DNA of 39,829 nucleotides from a bacterium (GTDB lineage: Bacteria; Patescibacteriota; Minisyncoccia; Phycocordibacterales; UBA10002): assembly GCA_030649775.1 (NCBI GenBank), contig JAUSFR010000010.1, forward strand, positions 1 through 39,829, read 5' to 3'. Under the pieces are notes generated by a model. That model was not told the DNA's origin. It ran no database searches and saw only the letters and a list, made by a program, of their open reading frames with translations. Positions 25,541-33,707 of this stretch are shown here, in pieces. The translations under genes were made by a program, and so were the position numbers. The stretch's first letter is position 1, and each line of letters begins with the position of its first letter.

Positions 25541-26809
25541 ATGGATTTCATACAAAAACTCAAACTGGTATGGCATGACGGGAGCTTACGCAAGCGCCTG
25601 CTCTTCATCGGCCTCATGCTCGTCGTCTTTCGCCTGCTCTCCTCTATTCCCATTCCCGGTATTGATATTCTGAAACTTGAGAGTTTTCTCGCGGATAACC
25701 AATTCTTCGGGCTTTTGAACATTTTCTCGGGTGGCGGACTTTCCAACCTTTCCATCGTGATGCTCGGTGTTGGTCCCTACATTACCGCATCCATCATTAT
25801 GCAACTCCTGACGATGATGTCGCCCAAACTTAAGGCGATGTATCAGGAAGAAGGCGAGTCGGGTCGCGCGAAATTCGCACAGTACTCGCGTATTTTGAGC
25901 GTTCCACTTTCACTCATCCAGGCTTTCAGCTTTCTTATCATACTTTCCCGTCAAGGAATCTTTACCGACCTCGGGCTGTTTTCTACCATTACCAATGTCC
26001 TTATCGTGACGGGAGGTTCGCTCCTCGTGATGTGGATAGGTGAGCTTATGACCGAATACGGTATCGGCAATGGCACGTCACTCATTATTTTCGCTGGTAT
26101 CGTGGCCTCGCTTCCTTCGGCACTCGCGCAACTTGCCTTTACTTTTGACCCGAGTCAAATTCCGATGTATCTCGGTTTCCTCGTTCTCGCTCTTCTCGTG
26201 GTGTGGGGGGTGGTTGTGGTTACCGAAGCCGAACGCCCGATTCCCGTCACCTACGCGAAGCGGGTACGAGGGATGAAGGTCTATGGCGGGGTATCAACCT
26301 ACCTTCCGCTTCGGGTCAATCAAGCTGGAGTGATTCCGATTATTTTCGCACTCTCCATTATGCTGTTTCCGCAGATGGTGGCCACGGTGCTCGGCGTTTT
26401 TGATAATGCCATTCTCCACTCACTCTCTTCATTCTTGACTACCGTGTTCGCGAACCAGTGGGTATACTCCATTATGTACTTTATCCTCGTGTTCCTCTTT
26501 ACGTATTTCTACACGGCCGTTACCTTTGACCCACTCACCATTTCCACCAATCTTCAGAAGAACGGCGCCTTCATTCCCGGTGTTCGTCCTGGTGAATCAA
26601 CCTCTACCTATATCGCTTCGGTCGTGACCCGCATCACGCTCGTCGGCGCGACCTTCCTCGCGGTTGTCGCCGTGCTCCCGCTTGCTATGCGAGGCATTAC
26701 GGGTGACCAGTCGCTTGCGATTGGCGGTACCGCGCTCCTCATCGTGGTCTCTGTGGTACTTGATTTCATCAAAAAGATTGACGCGCAGGTGTCGATGAGG
26801 GAATATTAA
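25541..26809 (+). CDS. secY: Preprotein translocase subunit SecY
   Basis: LGVGPYITASIIMQLL, GIGNGTSLIIFAGI, GVIPIIFA, FIPGVRPG, GGTALLIVV. Confidence 0.99.
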   Translation: MDFIQKLKLVWHDGSLRKRLLFIGLMLVVFRLLSSIPIPGIDILKLESFLADNQFFGLLNIFSGGGLSNLSIVMLGVGPYITASIIMQLLTMMSPKLKAMYQEEGESGRAKFAQYSRILSVPLSLIQAFSFLIILSRQGIFTDLGLFSTITNVLIVTGGSLLVMWIGELMTEYGIGNGTSLIIFAGIVASLPSALAQLAFTFDPSQIPMYLGFLVLALLVVWGVVVVTEAERPIPVTYAKRVRGMKVYGGVSTYLPLRVNQAGVIPIIFALSIMLFPQMVATVLGVFDNAILHSLSSFLTTVFANQWVYSIMYFILVFLFTYFYTAVTFDPLTISTNLQKNGAFIPGVRPGESTSTYIASVVTRITLVGATFLAVVAVLPLAMRGITGDQSLAIGGTALLIVVSVVLDFIKKIDAQVSMREY

Positions 26810-26811
26810 AC

Positions 26812-26891
26812 AGGCACTAGGAATTAGGCGCTAGGCACTAGGGAAGAAATCCTAATCAAGCCTAGAGCCTAGAGCCTAGAGCCTAGAGCCT
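26812..26891 (+). repeat. Family A hairpin, secY-adk; abuts ATG
   Basis: Right arm of pure (GCCTAGA)n runs straight into ATG. Confidence 0.9.
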
Positions 26892-27482
26892 ATGACTCCC
26901 TACACTTTTATTTTTGCCGGGCCGTCGGGAAGCGGAAAGGGAACGCAGGTGACGCTTCTCAAGGAGTACCTCCTGAAGAAAACCCCCGAAATTCCGCAGT
27001 TTAGCTCCTACACGGGAGACGGCTTTCGCGCGCTTATGAATGGCACCACGCTCGCCTCAAAGCTCGCGAAGGAGATACAGGACGCGGGACTGCTTCAGCC
27101 GGAGTTTCTCGCCATTTCCATCTGGGCGGACAATCTCATCAAAAACGTGACCGGAAAGGAGCATCTCATTATTGACGGCTCTCCTCGAAAGCCTGCCGAG
27201 GCGATTGTGCTTGACTCGGCGATGCAATTTTTCAAACGTGACCTCATACATATCATTGAAGTGAACGTGTCGGATGCCGAAACAAAGCGGAGACTCCTTT
27301 TGCGTGCTCGTCATGACGATACCGAAGAGGGAATTGGGCGTAGACTCGGTTGGTACAAGACGGAGGTGCTTCCCGCAGTTGAATATCTAAAAGGTCAGCC
27401 CAGCTACCGCTTCCACAGCATTAACGGCGAGCAGACACCCGCAGAGGTGCACGAAGCGATTATGAAATCGCTTAACCTATAA
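26892..27482 (+). CDS. adk: Adenylate kinase-like NMP kinase, short-LID type
   Basis: GPSGSGKGTQ, TGDGFR, IIDGSPR, RLLLRARHDD; position after secY. Confidence 0.85.
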   Translation: MTPYTFIFAGPSGSGKGTQVTLLKEYLLKKTPEIPQFSSYTGDGFRALMNGTTLASKLAKEIQDAGLLQPEFLAISIWADNLIKNVTGKEHLIIDGSPRKPAEAIVLDSAMQFFKRDLIHIIEVNVSDAETKRRLLLRARHDDTEEGIGRRLGWYKTEVLPAVEYLKGQPSYRFHSINGEQTPAEVHEAIMKSLNL

Positions 27483-27565
27483 GCCCTAAGTTCTAAGCTC
27501 GAAGAAGTTTTAAGCACTGAAATTTTTTAGATTAAGAAATAATTTATTCTTCGAGCTTCAAGCTT
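27481..27565 (+). repeat. Family B hairpin, adk-pyrH
   Basis: AAGCCCTAAGTTCTAAGCTCGAAGAA ... TTCTTCGAGCTTCAAGCTT. Confidence 0.8.
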
Positions 27566-27576
27566 ATTACTTTCTT

Positions 27577-28257
27577 ATGTTTTCACCTGCTATCATTTCT
27601 CTTGGCGGTTCAATCGTTATTCCCGATGCGATTGACACTGTGTTCATAAAAAGTTTTCGCGAGCTTATCCTGAAACATGTCTCGGCGGGAGAGCGCTTTA
27701 TCATCACCGTTGGTGGAGGAAAGGTGTGCAGGCGGTACCAAGAAGCTTCCAAAGAGCTAGGTACGCCGTCTCAGGAGGAGCTGGATTGGATAGGTATTCG
27801 CGCGCTTATGCTTAACGCACAGCTGATTCGCTCGATATTCGGTGAAGTAGCTCACGGTACCGTTATCATTGAACCGAGCGAGCTCCACAGCGCAACCACC
27901 CCCGTGGTTATTTTTGGTGCGAAAGCTCCGGGACACAGCACTGATTTTGATGCAGTGGAGGCGGCACATGAAACCGGCGCAAAACGGGTTATCAACCTTT
28001 CCAATATTGATTATGCGTACGACAAAGACCCGCGTGAGTTTCCTGACGCGAAGAAAATAGAGAAAACAAATTGGAAGGAGTTTCGGAACATTCTTCCTGC
28101 CGAGTGGAGTCCGGGTGTAAACGCGCCCTTTGACCCCGTCGCGGCGAAGCGCGCCGAAGAACTCGGTCTTGAAGTTGCCATTATGAATGGGAAAAATCTC
28201 CTGAATCTGGAGCACTATCTTTCGGGAGGGGAGTTTAAGGGAACCGTCATAAGATAG
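27577..28257 (+). CDS. pyrH: UMP kinase, archaeal-like subtype
   Basis: ISLGGS, VGGGKVCRRYQ, LDWIGI, PGHSTD, YDKDP, PFDPVA. Confidence 0.9.
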   Translation: MFSPAIISLGGSIVIPDAIDTVFIKSFRELILKHVSAGERFIITVGGGKVCRRYQEASKELGTPSQEELDWIGIRALMLNAQLIRSIFGEVAHGTVIIEPSELHSATTPVVIFGAKAPGHSTDFDAVEAAHETGAKRVINLSNIDYAYDKDPREFPDAKKIEKTNWKEFRNILPAEWSPGVNAPFDPVAAKRAEELGLEVAIMNGKNLLNLEHYLSGGEFKGTVIR

Positions 28258-28338
28258 GCACTAGACATTAGGCACTAGGCACTAGGGAAGACCCTTGGTT
28301 TCTAGAGCCTAGAGCCTAGAGCCTAGAGCCTAGAGCCT
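28255..28338 (+). repeat. Family A hairpin, pyrH-map; spans exactly TAG to ATG
   Basis: TAGGCACTAGACATTAGGCACTAGGCACTAGG ... (CTAGAGC)x5 CT ATG. Confidence 0.92.
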
Positions 28339-29112
28339 ATGCCCATAACGACAAAGACAAAAAAAGAGATTGGCATTTTGCGAGAGGGGGGGAAGCGCCT
28401 TGCACGTGTGCTCGCAAGAGTTTCGGCCGAGGTACGGCCCGGCGTTTCAAGTAGAGAGCTGAATGACCTTGCCGAAAAGCTCATACGAGAAGGAGGTGAT
28501 ATCCCTTCGTTTTTGGGCTATGCTCCCACGGGCGCAAAGCGCGTGTACCCCGCCTCAATCTGTGTGTCGGTAAACGACGAGGTGGTACACGGTATTCCGA
28601 ACGAGGGAGAAAAAGTACTGAAAGAAGGAGACATTGTGACCCTGGACGGTGGGCTTATTCACGAAGGGCTCTTTACCGACAGTGCGATTACGGTCGGAGT
28701 GGGGAAGATTGACGAAGGGGCGCAAAAGCTCCTTGAAACGACCCAAAAAGCGCTCGCCGTGGGGGTAAAAGCCGTCTTTGCGGGTGCTACCACGGGAGAC
28801 GTGGGGTTTGCGATAGAGAGCTTCGTAAAGCCTTTTGACTACGGAATTGTCCGTGAACTCGCGGGACACGGCGTCGGCTATGCCGTACACGAAGAACCAT
28901 TCGTACCTAATTTCGGGAAGAAGGGCGAGGGGGCGGTACTCAAAGCCGGTATGGTGATTGCGATTGAACCCATGCTAAACGAGGGCGGTGCTGGCGTAAA
29001 ACTTGCGAAAGACGGCTACACCTACATCACCAAAGACGGCTCCCGAAGCGCTCATTTTGAGCACACGGTCGTTGTCACCGAAAACGGTGCTGATATTTTG
29101 ACTAACCTCTAA
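28339..29112 (+). CDS. map: Methionine aminopeptidase type I
   Basis: SVNDEVVHGIP, DSA, GHGVG..HEEP, AIEPM, SAHFEHT. Confidence 0.97.
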   Translation: MPITTKTKKEIGILREGGKRLARVLARVSAEVRPGVSSRELNDLAEKLIREGGDIPSFLGYAPTGAKRVYPASICVSVNDEVVHGIPNEGEKVLKEGDIVTLDGGLIHEGLFTDSAITVGVGKIDEGAQKLLETTQKALAVGVKAVFAGATTGDVGFAIESFVKPFDYGIVRELAGHGVGYAVHEEPFVPNFGKKGEGAVLKAGMVIAIEPMLNEGGAGVKLAKDGYTYITKDGSRSAHFEHTVVVTENGADILTNL

Positions 29113-29120
29113 TTTTTTTT

Positions 29121-29177
29121 GTCATTCCCGTCTGTCTGCGTGCGGACACACACAGGCAGGCGGAGGCGGGAATCCAG
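29121..29177. repeat. GTCATTCCCG..CGGGAATCCAG REP-like half-element with a nested 30-nt palindrome
   Basis: GTCATTCCCG [TCTGTCTGCGTGCGGACACACACAGGCAGG] CGGAGGCGGGAATCCAG. Confidence 0.7.
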
Positions 29178-29257
29178 TCTTCGGTTTACCTATAAAAAAG
29201 CAAGGCCCGGAAAAATTAATTTCCGAGCCTCGTTGAGATTGAAAGAACTTCGCGGTG

Positions 29258-30880
29258 CTATACCGCGGGAGATGGGGACGATGCTGTTTCCAGCACCCTT
29301 TCCAAATCTGCGACACTCACCACAGTGGTGAGTGTCTTCTTCGCCCGCTTCGCCTTTGCAGGCTTCGTGGCCGAAGTGTCCGACATTTTTACGTCCGTCG
29401 TGGACGGGATTTCTGTTGTGGCTCTTGCCTCAACAGTGAAGATTTTTTTCAGAAGCTCCATTTCTGGAGTGTTTTCCGCCACAGGCTGTTCAGCCTCCGT
29501 TCGGCCTGGCAAGGGGATTCCTACCTCCCTCATCCACCGTTTCACTTCGCTCCAGAAATAGGAGTGAACCACCCGGTCGGTGAGCACGTCGGGGGTAAGG
29601 GTAGTGGGTGTGACGTCTGTTTGGGTGAGGCCGTTGGCGACAATCCCCTCTTCAGGCAGGGATACCCATAGTCCTTGCAGTTCCGGATGACCGTTTTTAT
29701 CACCCAGTTCTTCCCAGACGATATCCCCCGATTTCCAACCGAGATGCATCAGCTCCATCGCCTGAATGCTCCGGAAGAGGGCGTCGTGGTTGAGACCTAG
29801 TCTCCGGTCACAGAAGATGGCGATGTTTCCACGGCTGTTTCGGACGACGGTGATGCCACAGCCACCTCCTTCAGGATGTCGGCTCGCTGGCACGACGCGT
29901 GGGTTGTCACTCTGGACGAAAAGGACAGATGTCCGTCCCTCCTCCATAACGAAGCCACCCTTTTTCCTGATGAACCGCCCTCGTCCGTCCTTCTTTCTGC
30001 GTTCAAAGTTGAAGGTAACGGACTCTTGTTTCCCGCACTCTTCAACGGCATCCCAGAACTGAACCTCCTCTTGGAGGAGGACTTCTAGTATGGGGTAGAT
30101 GAACTTGTGAACTTCTGAGGCCCACTGGGGGGAGAGCAACATACTCTCAACCATGTAGGAGAGTTCACCCTTTGACTTCATCTTCCGCTCCATACTGCAC
30201 CTGATAACCTCGCTCGAAAGGCTCTGAAGAGCCTTTTCTTCATTCGACGTCACACCCCCTTTGCGCTCCCTGATGCTTTTAACATAGAGGTCGCAGTAGG
30301 TTTTGAGCGTATGAAGATTCTTCGGGACTTTCGGTCGCCGAATTTGGCGGTCGTGAAGTGCGTCAAGCATAGTGATGCCCTGCTCAACGACGAGCTTGAA
30401 GCGGTTCGGGTCGGGACTGCTAAAGGCGGCGCGGGCGAGAATCGGGACGAGGGAGGTAAACTCCGTGCGGATGTGACTTTTTCCAGTCACTGCTCCTCGA
30501 ACCTGCTGTTCGGGGCGGCCTTCTTTTAGGCCAATCCGTTCAGTCACATCAAGGACGGGGTCTTTATTCTCCCCGCCCAAATGTGAGAGTGGCATCTCAC
30601 CCTGCCGGAAGAAGTACTGCTCCGACTGGCGGTGATTGCCCTCCGTGATGGCGAGCGTAGCCGTTCCCAGACCGAGAAGCTTCGTTCCCGAAAAATCCAT
30701 CGCAAAACTTGGTTCGGCGTTGCCCGCGATTCGCAACCTGCGAATGATTTCCAGGTTGGGTGCGGTGGCTTTTCCCAAGAGGCGAGTGATTTGCGCCTCT
30801 TTCAGGCTACCTACTTGGAGATTTTGGGTTGAGTTTGTGGTTGAGGAGGTTTGGTGGTCGGTCGTTTCTACATTTTTCAT
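29258..30880 (-). CDS. Hypothetical protein (540 aa)
   Basis: Long ATG ORF with globular core and low-complexity ends; promoter TTGACT-17-TAGAAT upstream. Confidence 0.75.
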   Translation of the reverse strand: MKNVETTDHQTSSTTNSTQNLQVGSLKEAQITRLLGKATAPNLEIIRRLRIAGNAEPSFAMDFSGTKLLGLGTATLAITEGNHRQSEQYFFRQGEMPLSHLGGENKDPVLDVTERIGLKEGRPEQQVRGAVTGKSHIRTEFTSLVPILARAAFSSPDPNRFKLVVEQGITMLDALHDRQIRRPKVPKNLHTLKTYCDLYVKSIRERKGGVTSNEEKALQSLSSEVIRCSMERKMKSKGELSYMVESMLLSPQWASEVHKFIYPILEVLLQEEVQFWDAVEECGKQESVTFNFERRKKDGRGRFIRKKGGFVMEEGRTSVLFVQSDNPRVVPASRHPEGGGCGITVVRNSRGNIAIFCDRRLGLNHDALFRSIQAMELMHLGWKSGDIVWEELGDKNGHPELQGLWVSLPEEGIVANGLTQTDVTPTTLTPDVLTDRVVHSYFWSEVKRWMREVGIPLPGRTEAEQPVAENTPEMELLKKIFTVEARATTEIPSTTDVKMSDTSATKPAKAKRAKKTLTTVVSVADLERVLETASSPSPAV

Positions 30881-30974
30881 TTTTTGGTCTTCTTTCTGGT
30901 GTAGTTTTCGGGACTAAAGAAAAAGGCCCCGTTTTTTGTAGTTTTTGTTATAGCGCATGTCAATGTGCTACTGG

Positions 30975-31009
30975 TTGACTATTCTATCATAATATTGTAT
31001 ATTAGTCAA
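30975..31009. promoter_or_regulatory. Fully overlapping divergent promoters
   Basis: Plus: TTGACT(30975)-17-TATATT. Minus: TTGACT(31009)-17-TAGAAT. Confidence 0.65.
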
Positions 31010-31106
31010 TACTCACATAAACCCTTTTATGAAGCACCGTAGAGGGGTACAATACATGCATCTATATGGGTTTTACTCTCTATATTTTGGCTAATTATTG
31101 AAATCT

Positions 31107-33632
31107 ATGCCCAAATCTCCCGAAGGTTTCCAACCTCTAAGAAAACCCGTTGAGCTAAAAGTTGAAGTTGAGGGTAACCCCCTTGCCGGTCATATAGAAG
31201 TGGAAGGTGGGGAGGTACTCAATGTTAAAGGAGTCGACGAACTCGCTGAAGTTCCTCAAGCTCTTCCCCCAAAGCCCCCTGTTCTTGAAGAAAAAACGAC
31301 TACAAGAAAACGCACTCCTCGGAAGCCTGTTGCTCTTGTCGCAAAGCAAGAAGCTCCTTCCTCGCCTGAAGCTGAAACTGCCTTGCCAGAGGCCCCACTC
31401 TCTCCCGAAGTGTCGGCGGAGCTGGAACGTATTATTCTGCAAACAAAAAAGGTGAAGAGATTTGAAAGGGTCGCGAACGGAAAGAAGACAAGCCCGAGCG
31501 GTGAGAACGTGGCGAAAGGTATCCGTGATCGTGTCGCAGAGTTTAATGGCGAAGGGTTCAAGCGATTACTGAAGATAAAGCAGGTAGAAAAGGTTAATGA
31601 GGCAATAGAGATGTTATGCACCGACCCTAACCTTCGGAATGATTTGCGTTATCTCTTTGGCGAGATGGGACTTTTGGAAAAGATTGACCGTCCCTCAAGG
31701 CAGGAACCGGTTCCCGAATCCCCCGGCGAATCCCCCGTACCGTTTTCGCAGGGGCTACACAGGATTCTGAATGAAGTACAAAGGAATCCGGAAAAATATA
31801 AAAGGGAAACGTCGAGCGGTACGATAATGGAGGTTGCAGGTAAAGATTTGGTACCGGTCATTCGTGCCATGGCGGACGCCTTTAGTCTGGCGGAGTTCAA
31901 GAAGTTACCACAGGCAGAGCAGTCCGAGAAAATAACCGCCTCCATAAACCGCATGTCCACAGACCCGGAACTTCGCCAGAAACTTAGTGATCTTTTTCTC
32001 TCCGAATCATCTAAAAGGGGCAAAATGAGACCCAATGTTAAACAGGTACCCGTGGCTTCACCCCCTCCCACTTCCGGACCCTTGGAACACGATAGGATTA
32101 TGGCCGGACTTTCTTCTTCGCCGAGCGCGAAGAAAAGTGGAGAGCCTTCGTCGTACGGCCGTATGATGGCGGGAGAATCTGTTCCGACGGGAACAGGCGT
32201 TTCTGCGGGTGCGAAGCCGATGAATGAGGCCGAACTGCTGATTGAAAATTTGCGGAGACATAAGGCCGAAAAGGCTGTCACCGCGCAAGAATCGTCGGCG
32301 CAAGCACAAGGCGCAGGTGTAGAAGTACCCTTGAGGAAAAAACGCTGGTACGAATGGTTTCAGAAACCCGCCACGGTGACTGAAGTTCCCCCTTCCGCTC
32401 CTGTAGCTACTCCCGCGACATCGGAAACCCGTCATGTACCGCAACCCACCAAAGAGCAAGATAAAGAGGACCTTGATAAACTCTTAGCACTCCCAAACGA
32501 ACCTAAAACCAAGCCGAGTGCTCCACCGCTAGAAACTCCGCCTTCCTCCGCGACAATCACCGAAGCTCCGTTACCGAACCGCTCTGAAGGAGGCGCTCGC
32601 GTAGAAGAGTTTGGCGGATTTAAGGTGGGGGAGAGCGTCCAGCTTATAGACCTACAAGGGCAGGATGGGTGGTCGAAGCCTCGGTCTATCGTATCGTTTG
32701 AAGACCGTTCTTCCTCTCCCGATTATCCGATATTTTTCGCCAAGTTTGACGATGGGCAGATAGTCAATATAACGAGTTTACGAAAAGTGGATTTACAGAA
32801 CGTGCCGTGGTCGGAAAAAAGCGAATCAAAGACGGAGGATGCGCTCCCCAAAGCTGAAACCGGAGGAGCAATACCTCCTCCACCACCGCTGGAGAGTCCC
32901 GAAGCTAAAATTAAGAGAGAGACGGAATCTTCAGCGACTATCCAAGAAAGAGCGGAAGCCCCTGCTGGTTTGACGCATGAAAAAATAGAATCTCTTACAT
33001 TTGAGAATCTCTTTGAACTAAATAACGATAATTTGGCACAAATAGTCCGGAGTTCGGATGCAAATTTTTTTGGATGGGGGGTCCTCATGAAGGGTATGCC
33101 GGATGCGTTTGTAGAGCGCGTTAGAAACACCCGAGAGAACAAAGAGGACTTTGATTCTGGATTTGTGCGAGGCACGAGTGATGCCGAAGAGCTTGAACTA
33201 AGAAAGAAGTTCGCGTTGGAAAGTGCCAAAGAAAAGCTTATAAGAGCACTTTCCGAAAATTTACCTCAATCTTCGGGGACGGAGGATATGACGTCAAAAG
33301 TAGCTTCTGAAACACCCGCAGGCTTGACCCATGAAAAGATAGTGGGTCTTACCTTTGAAGGGCTTTTTGATTTGGATGATGAGATGTTGCTACGAGTTGT
33401 TAAGGAGGATTCATATACCGCTTTGGTCTGGGGATGCGCCATGCAAGGCCTCCCCGAAGCTTTGGTGGAAAGGGTTCGCACCGCACTAGAAAACTGCAAA
33501 AACCCTGTGCTTAAAGGCACAGTCCAATTTGATAGATGGCTACATGACCCTCAACCCGCAGATGAGATTGAGAAAGACCGCAAAAGACTTCTTGAACGTA
33601 GCAAAGCAATATTGTTAAAATCAATTTCATAA
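31107..33632 (+). CDS. Large Pro/Glu-rich protein with two pairs of internal repeats; C-terminal pair FliG-C-like
   Basis: ORF 31098..33632 (ATG 31107). Repeats ...FKRL..KQVEKVNEAI..LCTDPNLR..L..LF / ...FKKL..EQSEKITASI..MSTDPELR..L..LF, and PAGLTHEKI..LTFE.LF.L twice. Confidence 0.8.
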   Translation: MPKSPEGFQPLRKPVELKVEVEGNPLAGHIEVEGGEVLNVKGVDELAEVPQALPPKPPVLEEKTTTRKRTPRKPVALVAKQEAPSSPEAETALPEAPLSPEVSAELERIILQTKKVKRFERVANGKKTSPSGENVAKGIRDRVAEFNGEGFKRLLKIKQVEKVNEAIEMLCTDPNLRNDLRYLFGEMGLLEKIDRPSRQEPVPESPGESPVPFSQGLHRILNEVQRNPEKYKRETSSGTIMEVAGKDLVPVIRAMADAFSLAEFKKLPQAEQSEKITASINRMSTDPELRQKLSDLFLSESSKRGKMRPNVKQVPVASPPPTSGPLEHDRIMAGLSSSPSAKKSGEPSSYGRMMAGESVPTGTGVSAGAKPMNEAELLIENLRRHKAEKAVTAQESSAQAQGAGVEVPLRKKRWYEWFQKPATVTEVPPSAPVATPATSETRHVPQPTKEQDKEDLDKLLALPNEPKTKPSAPPLETPPSSATITEAPLPNRSEGGARVEEFGGFKVGESVQLIDLQGQDGWSKPRSIVSFEDRSSSPDYPIFFAKFDDGQIVNITSLRKVDLQNVPWSEKSESKTEDALPKAETGGAIPPPPPLESPEAKIKRETESSATIQERAEAPAGLTHEKIESLTFENLFELNNDNLAQIVRSSDANFFGWGVLMKGMPDAFVERVRNTRENKEDFDSGFVRGTSDAEELELRKKFALESAKEKLIRALSENLPQSSGTEDMTSKVASETPAGLTHEKIVGLTFEGLFDLDDEMLLRVVKEDSYTALVWGCAMQGLPEALVERVRTALENCKNPVLKGTVQFDRWLHDPQPADEIEKDRKRLLERSKAILLKSIS

Positions 33633-33707
33633 AAGGTAGCGAGTAGAGATACTCGCCAAAAGAATTGCACCGTGTAGAATAGAACCGTTATACGCAATCT
33701 TCCCATT

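Noticed and set aside
15049..28338. Heptamer hairpins as ordinary intrinsic terminators or IS ends
   Set aside because: No U-tracts, located between co-oriented essential genes, and no visible target duplications or transposase.
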